Part shown: one piece after another, positions 53,701 through 64,000 of the stretch
Layout of the letters: every line of letters begins with the position of its first letter
Numbering within the stretch: the stretch's first letter is position 1
Source: Adineta vaga
Taxonomy: Eukaryota; Animalia; Rotifera
Assembly (NCBI GenBank): GCA_021613535.1
Contig: CP075496.1
Location: forward strand, 12,090,001 to 12,154,000
Reading direction: 5' to 3'
DNA length: 64,000 nucleotides
Made by a program: the position numbers and the translations under genes
Notes under the pieces: model-generated
The model's database searches: none
What the model was told of the DNA's origin: nothing
The model's input: only the letters and a program-made list of their open reading frames with translations

Positions 53701-54265
53701 ATCAAAGAAATAAAAGATTCTCTAATTATTTCTAGAGATAAGACATCTATTAGAAAGACATGTAGGAGAAGATTCGATGAGGGAGTTATCCGTGCAAAGT
53801 TATTTTTCTTGATAAACCAAGTCTTGAGCGATAAAACGCTGAAAGATTTGGCTATTTTTCAACTTTCATACCTCATGATTGAAAACTTCTTGTGCACAGT
53901 CGAAAAAACAATCATGAACAAACGAAGATAAAAGTTGATCGAGAGAACTCAAACCATCTTGAGGGTGGCTAATGCCGCAGCTCCACTCATATCGAATGAA
54001 TTTTATTTCGAACAGACAAACACAACATTGTTTCTCATTGGTGTAAACAGTAAAAGTCGTTCCTTTATCTCTGACAACTTCTCTATTTCTACTGTCGCTA
54101 GTTGTCTTTTGAAATCAAAAGAATGAAATAAACCAATAGAAATCAACCTAGAAAAATAAATAAAATGTTTCTTCTTCTCAGTCATTTTTCATTTCTTATC
54201 ATGCCTTTTTTCAACATGGTTGTATGCGTCGTTTGATCGACCTTACTTCAGATTCATCCGACGAA

Positions 54266-56541
54266 ATGACCGAACTGTTGAATTCTCAAGCTGACGATAT
54301 AATTATCAATGGCCACGAGGTATTTAAAAAAGCTTAACTAATCGATATCTAATAACACGATTTTATTTTTACTAACTAATTTATGTAATCAACAGAGGCC
54401 AAATGTTGCTGTTTTACCCGATGTTGCAATTATTCAGGTTTGATATGATTATTTTTATCATTAGTTTCCTTGGAAATAGTTGTTGATGTATTTATTTTTC
54501 AAATAAAAACTCTGATGTTTGAAATTATAGGGTTCAACAGTTGGGGCAAACATGTCATCCAATGAAGCAACAGCTTCGTCTCATGCACGAGTTGAAGCTA
54601 TTGACCCACAAGATCATGAAAGATCACACCGACGTAGACACGATGAAAATGGTGATGAACAAAGACCATTAAATAGTGAACATGAAGAAATATTCAAATA
54701 TGGTTCGATTAAATTGGTTTTCAATTGATTCAAATATAGAATTTTCATTTTTAGGAGCAAGTCATGTTGTAAAATTGTTTGTACCTGTATCACTGTGCAT
54801 GTTGATCGTTATTTTAACAATTAAAACAACAAGTCCGTTGATTTGTATTTTAATAAACGAATGATTGTTTTGTTTTGTTTGCTTAGGTACATATACACCG
54901 GGTGGTGCAACATGGGCGTAAGGATAATTAATCAAAAGAAAGTTTAAGTTTTAATTTGATGTCTTTTAGTTATACACCATTTACCGAAGATAAACCAACA
55001 AATACACAAAGAATACTATTTTCATTAGCAAATACATTTATTTTTATGGGTTTTGTTATCACAGCTACTGTTATTTTAATTCTTTTATACAAATTCAAAT
55101 GTTATAAGGTATGTTTCTACATTATACTTGTAATCATCTCGCTCTCTCCCAAGGAGTTCCAATAGAACTCAATGAGAATCAAAGATTTTCTTAATCGTTT
55201 CATATTTTATTTTTATGATATTTATAGATCATTCACGGCTGGCTAATTCTAACAACATTAATGTTACTATTCTTTTTCCTCTACTCATATTTCAGGTTTG
55301 TCTCTTTTTACGCAGAAAAATAATGAACAGAAATATGACGTTTTATTTATTTGTTCATATTTTTCAGTAGTATCGCTGCATCATTGAATCGACCAATTGA
55401 TATGATAACAATTTCTTTTCTCACATGGAATATTGGTGTTGTTGGAATGTTTTGTATTCACTGGAAAGGTCCATTACGCGTTCAACAAGCTTATTTAATT
55501 CTTATGTCTGCTCTCTTGGCACTTGTTTTCTATAAATTTTTACCAGATTGGACAGGTTGGCTTATTCTTGGTGTTATATCCATATGGGGTAATAAACAGA
55601 CAAATGTGATATTTCAATTTCTAAACAATTCATTGGTTCTTTTTTTTTCAAAGATCTTATTGCTGTCCTATGTCCGAAAGGTCCATTACGTATTTTAGTT
55701 GAGACTGCACAAGAACGTGGTGAACCAATATTTCCAGCTTTAATTTATTCATGTAAATTCACTTTTCAATGTGACTTTTTTACTTAGTTTATATTGTTCA
55801 TTTTAGCTACTGTTGTTTATATGGTAACTGCAATTGATCCACCAAGTGAACCAGAATTTACACCTATTAGTGCAACAATAAATACTGCTGGTAAACAATG
55901 AATATTGATAATTATATGCTTATTGTCTTTGAAAAATCTGTATTGTTCTTTTTAGTTAATGTTGATGTACCATTAACTGATGAACAACGAAATGAACGTG
56001 CAGCAGTACGAAATAATAATGCTCGACGTCAGTTGATTCCACGTTCTGATGTTCCACAAAGTGAAGTAAGACGTGAACCGGCTCGATATGTTGTTGAACG
56101 ATCAAATTCTCCTGTACCCGATGATGATGATGATGAAAGTTAGTTGAATTTCTTTACATAGTCAATTTTTAAATCGTTTTATTGTTTTGTTTATTTGAAA
56201 TTATCTAGAAGGTGTTAAACTTGGTCTAGGTGACTTTATTTTTTATTCAATTCTTCTAGCAAAAGCATCAGCACTAGGCGATTGGAATGTAACCATCGCA
56301 TGTTATGTTTCATTATTAATTGTTCGTTTATTTTTTCATATGAATTTATTCGATTTAATCTCTTTTTTTTTCTTCTTCTTCCTAGGGTTTATGTTTAACA
56401 TTGCTTCTCTTAGCGATGTTTCGTAAAGCATTACCAGCATTACCAATATCGATTACATTTGGACTCGTGTTATATTTTTCTACTGTTTATATAATTGGTC
56501 CATTTTGTGCTGAATTAAGTTTAAAACAAGTTTTTATTTGA
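54266..56541 (+). CDS. PSEN: Presenilin (gamma-secretase catalytic subunit), multi-exon
   Basis: [101 protein letters not shown] and QVFI*. Both catalytic aspartates are present. Confidence 0.97.
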
Positions 56542-56691
56542 TGAAACTTCATGTAAACATTGTCTTTGCTTCTGTCCGTCGTTAAAATCATATAGTTCTG
56601 TGTTTCATATAATTGTTAATGTATCTTCTTTCTTTCTGTAATTCGTGTTTTCATTGTATCAAAAGACAAAAAATAGCACATATATCTTCTA

Positions 56692-58369
56692 TCTATCTAT
56701 CTATATATATACAAAGAAGGGTGTGAGTAAAATTTCACCCAAGCCATATCACAGTGGAGTTTTCATCAATTTAGCGAATCTATTACGATTCGGAGATTAA
56801 TCATTTGGCATTAATAATCTTTTAGACTAAATGCGAAAACCGAAGGTTTCTCATATTAACGTTACGAGGAAAATGTATACGGATGTGGGTGCAGCGATTG
56901 TAGTAGTTGATTGTAGTTGTGCGGGGGGTGAAATATTTGAATATTTACATTCAAATTTCATATTTGACACTACTGGCGGCATATAGAAAAATATGTATGC
57001 ATAGATGTAGATGATCAGTTTATCGTATGAGTTCACAGTTTTGTTTTTGTTGTGTTGTGTTAACGACTTCAGGGTGAAATTCATAGAATATTTTTATAAT
57101 AGAATTTCTTCGAATGAAACAATAAGTTTAGAAAAATCTAATCATTGAATAAAAATTGAAAAGATTGAATGATATGAAAAGGCAAAGATAGATTTTAAGT
57201 TATGAAAGAACAAAAGAATTTAATTGATAGTTCGAATAAAATAAAGATGAATAGCCTCTATCAACTTAAACATATATTGGTAGACTGTCATCTTATGTAA
57301 AATGATAATAACTTAAAACTGTACGAATTCTTATCGTACAGAGTGTAGTGTAGAAATCGTTAACTCGATTCGAGTATTCAACTTTTTCTTCAACTTCTAA
57401 ACTTATAAATGTAGATGGTGAGGGTGTGGATGTAGATGATTAGCTAGTCTTCACACCCACACCCACCCCACCCTCTACAAGATCTTCATGGTACTGGAAA
57501 ACATATGGACGGGTTAGTTTTGCTCCTAGCAGGTGATTCTCGGCCATGTTGTAAAACTAGGACAGAAAACGAACATGCGAGTCTATCTACATGGTGATGC
57601 CTCTGCAGAGTAATTTACTGAATAATCGATCACGATAGGAAACAGAAAAGCACCAATTGATCCAACAAGTGGTCTCATTAGTATTTCAAATAACTTTTGG
57701 TTATGTGAACATGTCATTCTAGCACAAAAACATTTCAATATAAATACCATTAATTTACAGATTCAACAAGAACTTCCTGAGTAAACAATACCTTACAAGT
57801 CGATTCTCCAATTATGCTTCTGAGAAATCTGGATGTACCAAGGTTGTGCAATGGCACAAGACTGGCCGTAATACGTCTTATGTCCCATGTTATTGAAGAA
57901 ACTATCTTCAGTAGACGCGCAAAGGGTGAGGATGTATTCATACCGCGAATACTCTCAGCTCCCACTGATATGCTGTTTCAATTCAAACGACTTCAATTTC
58001 CGGTCCATCTTCCTTTCGTGATGTCTATTAATAAGGCACAAGGACAATCACTTAAAGTCTCTGTTATTAATCAAGAAAGCCCTTGCTTTTCCCATGGTCA
58101 ACTTTACATTGCATGTTCAAAACTGGGAACTGGGAATAATTGGTATATTTTCGCACCGCATGCAAAAACTAAAAACATTGTGTATCCAGCAGCTTTTACA
58201 ATAAAAACTCTACTTCATTATTGTTTTACTAAAAAAGTTCATAAATAAAAATTAAATTAAAAAAAATTGAAGAATGTTTAAAATATTAAATATCAAGAAA
58301 GTGTCGTTTTCTAACACGTAGATTATATTCAATCTTGTTATTTGAATCACCATTGATTACCTCAGCTAG
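56692..58369 (+). mobile_element. Internally deleted (non-autonomous) Helitron with PIF1-helicase remnants
   Basis: 5' end is A|TCTATCTATCTATATATATAC (exact boundary ambiguous, 56685-56700). 3' end is CTAG|T at 58366-58370, preceded by a weak hairpin (aatca-ccat-tgatt). Helicase fragments in order: HGTGK, LLLAGDSR, TNMRV, WLCEHVILA, IMLLRNL..RLCNGTRL, FKRLQFPV, INKAQGQSL, CFSHGQLYIACS, KTKNIVY. Confidence 0.8.
57490..58248 (+). pseudogene. Helitron RepHel PIF1-like helicase fragment, disrupted
   Basis: ORF 57814-58248 holds the C-terminal motifs. Upstream motifs are joined by frameshifts, stops and deletions. Confidence 0.85.
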
Positions 58370-61300
58370 TACATATATATATTTACACATAATTTTGTTT
58401 TCCTTTTCTTGATTTCTCTACAAATGGAATTAATAAATATCAGATGGTTAAATTAATCTGTCAAAGTCTTAAGAAGTAAATAGTCTGAGATTTAATGTAT
58501 ATTTTGTTTTATTCGATTTATAAATTGAAAGAAAATAATTTAAACTCTATCTCATGGACATCTTTTCGTATTTGTAATAGGAGATTTCCTTGTCCTTGTT
58601 GTATCATTTCAATATTGATAACTGTTGATCAAAAGCAAACAAGTAATGAGAACGAAAGAGAGAGACAGAAAGAAAAGAAAGGAAATTGAATCTTACAACC
58701 AGTTTAATATATTTATTTACAAACGGAGAATAAAATTTAAGATCCCCTGCGTTTTTACTCCTTCACTTCCTCTCCCTCCCTCTCTCTCTGCTTTAAACTA
58801 ATGACAATCCAAATACTACTGAACCTTGAGGGTCAGATCGATCATGGATGGATAAATACGTCCATCCAAGCGATACAAAGTAGTAAAAAAAGGACAACTA
58901 ACGGTCATCTTCGTTTTTTTTGACTTGATTACATCATATCATTATTATTATAATATGTTAGTATCATCAGAATTACGATGACTAGTTAAATGGTAAGCTT
59001 TCCTACATTTTCATGAGAACTAATCGCAAAAAAAACGTTGACGAAAGAAGAAGAAGAAAAAAACGACGTGCTTGTCTTTTTTCTCCCATGATATTGATAA
59101 TAGTCGTCGATAAATATACATAACATAACACGTAAAGAACAAGTAAGTCGACAAAGACTTTTACGTACTTCATTTAACAGTCTTCTTTCATATTAAGGAT
59201 GACCCATAGAAAGGTTATTTACTTGATGAGAAAGACAAACGATATAACTGTCCCTCACCTTCTTTATTCTTTTGATTTGAATCAATACGAAATATATAAC
59301 TGATGTGAGATAATCGATTATGTAGATATACAGTCATTGTATTGTATTCTTTTAAATCTTCTCACTATTGTATAGATTATCAAACTAGTCATCTTAGTGA
59401 GATTTTCGCATCTTTAGATATGTTTGAAGGTGAATGTATAAAATTTAAGTAGATAAAATTTTATTAGTGAAGAGAATAAATGTCATCTTTGATCATTAAG
59501 TTAAGATATTTCTTTTGTTTCATCGTATAACATGCAACTTTCAATGAAGTTTGATATATGTATGTATATATACGTTAATTCTTTTGATTACGTCAAACTT
59601 TATCTTGTCTTTGTTTCTATATATACATGAACCTCGAAGGTGACCATACACAGATGGTTTTCATTCTTTTTTTTTTGTTTTATTTGTTATGCATATGGAG
59701 ATATAATATATACCTATTTGAAAATGGACATCAAAAGTGTGTTTTGTAAACGAATATATAAACGATTGAATGTTACTGTCAAAATTAAAAGAAAGAAGAA
59801 AATATAGATGACAAATGTTAAAATCAGTTCTTTTCTCTAGTTTCTTCTCTCCATCTCTTCCCATCATAAACGATCGATCATCAACTTATATAGCTTCTTG
59901 CGTATTCTATTCAGTACAAAGAAGAACAAAGAGAAAGAGAGAGAGAAGAAAAAGAAAAACTATGAAGACTGCAAGGCGACGATTGTGGTCACCATATAGC
60001 GCAATACAATTAAGCATTGAACAATCAATTGTACATGATCATCGACGATAACGTTCGATATGTCACAATCGTCATCACAACTAAAGGCAAAGAATTGCGT
60101 GTATTGGCTAGCAAAATGTATATATGCATATATACATTGCGTCAATACGGACATTGGGAGTGTCGAAATCGAGGAGAATGAAAAGTAAAAGTGAATGAAA
60201 AGAGACTTGAGATGCAAGCTAAACGAAAGAAAACGAAGAGGAAGAATATGAAGAAAGAGGCTTATTAACATATAGATGTAGCTCACACTCTATACATATG
60301 AGTATATCTTAAGGCTTTGTTAGATCATAGGAATTTACTATTCGATTTCACTTGAAATGGCAATTGAGACAGTCCATTTTGTGATTGTGTCCTCAGATAA
60401 TATACATATGTACGAATATATGTGTGAGTAAATGTCTTTTGATCAAATACGACAAGAGAATGGTTATCAAAATTGATTCCTCTTCTTCTCAAATAACTCT
60501 TTCTTCTTTTGTTCATTTATGTTTAATATGCTAAATACTTTCAAATTTAGATCGAAATCAACTTGAAGGATATATATGTTTGTATTGTTTGACTTTATTG
60601 AAAAAATAGAAATTAACCTTGAACAACAATAAATAAACTAGTTGTTCTGTTTATTGATTTTCTTATATTTCGTGCAAACATCCACATCTGTATATATATA
60701 TATATATATGTATACAATTGTGAGAGCGGATCGTGTCTCGACGTGCTTTTTCTGTATGTTATTCTCCTTTATTATTCAGAAGCCATTGAATACTATTTCG
60801 ATCATCTTAATGAATTTGTCGTGTGTAAATTGACATCGACAAACTGAGAATCGTGCTTTTTTATATTTTCTTTTTACTTTTCCTCTTTTCTACTTAAATA
60901 TTCGACTGTTCGTATCGATTGACCTGAGAGAAAGCGAACAAAAAACCTTGAATATTGTGAAGAAGATCAGTAATAACTGATAATTGATCTTCTTTTCATT
61001 TCATATGTTCATTCTATCGATATTCGTTAAGCATACAAGCGTATGCTTACATGAGAGATAAGTATCCAGCAGTTACAATGTCATCTTTCTCTTCCCCTCC
61101 CTCTCTCTCTCTCTCTCACACCGTCCTTTTTCTTCTTCATATTAATAGCCACTCAGTATTCTCGCGCGCGCATACATATTACACAATTTGAACAACGGTT
61201 TCTTTCCTTTTTATATTGAAGACCCATTGCGAAAATTTTTCGTTTTTTGTACACGCAGTTTATCGCTTTTTTTGCAAGCATCATTACTATTGAACAACAG

Positions 61301-62240
61301 AAGAAGAGGAAGAGGAGCGAGCAACAGATGAAACAATTACATATAGATGTTTGTTGTTACATATATAGATATATCGAGAGATAGATATGAAAAATGGCAG
61401 ACGTAGAATACGCTTTACTCCGCACTCTATTATCAGTTCAATTTGATGTTATGACTGGCTGCATGTCTATCATCTGATGACATTAGATCATCAAACTGTC
61501 TGCATGTAACATTTTCGATTAAGGTGCCAGGTAAGAGTTGGAATAGAGAAAGAGAATGAATGAACATTGAAATGAAAAACAATAAAGTGATAGAGAGTAG
61601 ACATCGAATGATGTCGAACATACTTGAAAAAGTATAAATCAATATAGACAGACATAAACGACAAAGTAAGAGTAAATAAAAAAAGAAAGATTTTGATATA
61701 GGTGATATGTTTTATATATAAACATTTTGATTAACTTTTTAAGTTTGAAATCAAATCATTAATCTTTGCATTAATCGAATATTTCAAGGGATCATCGTTA
61801 GATATATTATTTCTCTTTGGTCTTTTCTTCTCACTTTCAACTCTAATCTTTGTTTTTCTCTTCATATTGACTGGACGATTTCTATCCAGTACTGTTTATT
61901 ATCATAGATCGTCCATACATCTATCTAATCTAACTATCTAATAGTATTGTTCGTTGTTTTCTCTGTTTAACGAAAAGAGATACATCTATAGATGATCTTT
62001 GTTTGTTTCTTCGCGATGTGCATACGAACATATATATGCATGTACAATAAATATTCGATGATTCATCGACTAGTCTTGCATAGGTCGATTTTATCAGTAT
62101 ATAAATGAAAGTATCCAGTTTTTGGTTTTAGTTCAATGAACTAAATTAACGATTTAGATTAAGAAAATCAATTTTTTTTTCTTTTAGACAATATAAAAGA
62201 GCACATTTTGTCTTAAGCGACAGAGTGACGGCGAAGTCTG

Positions 62241-64000
62241 ATGTTAACCACTCCGACGACGACGAGTATTCAATATTCTTTACCTACTGATGATGTTTTT
62301 AAAATTGGTTCGTTTGTCATACAAATTGTTTGATTACATAATCAATCATTTGTCCATTTATTTCTATTTCCTTTCATTCTTTTTTTTTTGTGTTTAAATA
62401 GTAGACATGACATCAAGCCAGTCGCCTTCTGATGGTTTCGTTGGATTACCGCCTCCTCCTCCTCCACCGCCTGCACCACCTGTATTCAATAACAATACAA
62501 ATAACTTGTGTAAAATTTTACTTCCACATCAAGAAGTTAATCTTGTTATTAATCGTTCTAATGTTACGGAAATTCAAGCACGTTCTGTTCCAACAATGCT
62601 CATGGCGGGCAATAATATTTGGACACGACGTGTATTACCAAATCTTCGAATACAACAAACTGTTTTTGATCAACATTATGGTGAATCAAAATCATCAATG
62701 ACAGGTCATTATCGACGATCAAGTCTTACAACATCATTTATAGGAGGAGGAGGACTCGGCGGTATGAATGATGATGGACCACTATCATTTGTTTTACTTG
62801 ATGCTACATCTAAAATGCTTTATGATGTACCAATGCGTCATCTACTTCAATTGGTGAAAAAAGATCATGATGATGATGCTAGTATTGATCATGTTATTCG
62901 AGCTATTGATGAAACACACATGAATTCAGAATGGTAAGTGAAAATTACATATTTTTCTTTGTTAACAAAAAAAACAATATTTCATCATCAACATTGATAT
63001 AATATTATTTAATTTATGTTAACTTTCTTTCTAACAACGTCTACATTTCAAATGTTTCTATGTTGAGTTTGAAAAAGAAAGATCCTTGAACAAATGTTTG
63101 ATTGACTTTGAGGATTCTTAGTTAGTAGTATTCGAAAAACAAAAATGAAAATTTAAGGTTTCTTAGAAATCTGCATTATTATAAGAATAATAACAATTGT
63201 TCTTTTATCTTAGGCTTGATGCTGTTACTGCTTTGAATAAACAATTTGATAAACGACCTGAAGATAAAGCTCGAGTATTAGCACATAAAGGTTCTACACA
63301 TGGTTTGGTACTTATCGAACAATTTTTCGTTAAACTTGTTCGTGTGCCAGCTTATGAATTTAAATTGATTTATTTAAAATTTCGTGAAGAAGCACCAACA
63401 CAACTTGAACGTATGACTAAACATATTCATGATCTACTTGAAAGTGTTCAAGTTATTTTAAATAATGAACAATTACCAGGTATACTTCATTTACTCTGTT
63501 TACTTTATAATAGTATAACAGGTAAATCAATTCCTGGTCTTCATTTTGATTCACTTCTTTCTGTACTTGCAACGCGTACACCAAAACAAAATATAACAAT
63601 TGCACATGTTCTGTGTCATCTATTAGAAGAACAATATCCAACATTATTAAATATATTTGATAATCAAATATTATTAAAATTGAAAGATTTATCAGCAATT
63701 AAATATATACCAATTTACATTGATATACGTTTATTATATACACGTTATAAACAATTGAATAGTACATTAAGGGAATTACAACAACAATTAATACTTTTAC
63801 CTGAACATATCAAAATAACTTTAAATGATTTACAAGGTGTATTTACACGATTATTCGATGATGAAAATAAGATAAAGAAATGTGAAAAGGATTTAGCAAG
63901 TTATTTTTGTGTTTGGGATTTATCATTAGAAGTTTGTCTATCAACATTAGGACAATTTATTGATAAACTTCGTCTTGCTCATATGCAAAATGTTGAACAA
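62241..64000 (+). CDS. Divergent formin (short N-terminus, FH1 poly-proline, FH2-like domain); 3' partial
   Basis: Spliced MLTTPTTT..FKI|VDMTSSQ..GLPPPPPPPPAPP..NNIW..LLDA..|..EQFFVKLVRVPAYEFKL..KF...L..LLCLLYNSITG...GLHFDSL..TIAHVL..LASYFC...LSTLGQFIDKL follows the FH2 helix order. The ORF is open to the window end. Confidence 0.8.

Noticed and set aside
58495-61642. Multiple 60-108 aa ORFs between the Helitron and the formin
   Set aside because: Low-complexity purine or pyrimidine tracts with no motifs or consistent exon structure.
6309-64000. Apparent clustering of cytoskeleton and trafficking genes (LIM, F-BAR, GCP3, ALIX, MAP1, formin)
   Set aside because: These are large functional classes interspersed with unrelated genes; there is no evidence of a functional cluster without synteny data.
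1-64000. Prokaryotic systems (CRISPR arrays, operons, defence islands), rRNA, tRNA or spliced-leader RNA genes
   Set aside because: The sequence is intron-rich eukaryotic DNA. No repeat-spacer arrays or recognisable RNA genes were seen by eye; tRNAscan or Infernal would be needed to exclude them formally.

Overview
AT-rich eukaryotic (animal) genomic DNA with many very short (~50-60 nt) GT-AG introns. Together with intron-containing genes from families typical of bacteria, fungi or plants, this suggests a bdelloid rotifer or similar invertebrate (inference, not verified). Gene models were spliced by eye. In order: eEF2 kinase (+, apparent 1-nt frameshift), single-LIM protein (+), SH3-less PACSIN-like F-BAR protein (-), intronless single-pass receptor-like protein (+), membrane microprotein (-), gamma-tubulin complex protein GCP3 (-) head-to-head with ALIX (+), 2OG-Fe(II) oxygenase pseudogene (-), phosphoethanolamine N-methyltransferase with a degenerate N-domain (+), ADGRA-type adhesion GPCR (+), two tandem paralogs of an unrecognised type II membrane family with an RRRR site and C-terminal IG (+) separated by a non-autonomous MULE, a second membrane microprotein (+), glutathionyl-hydroquinone reductase (+, HGT candidate, apparent 1-nt frameshift), MAP1/futsch-like (+), METTL24-like methyltransferase (+), NR1J/HR96-type nuclear receptor (-), presenilin (+), an internally deleted Helitron, and a divergent FH1-FH2 formin running off the window end. 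The best candidate for something undescribed is the tandem furin-site type II membrane family. No rRNA, tRNA or CRISPR features were seen.
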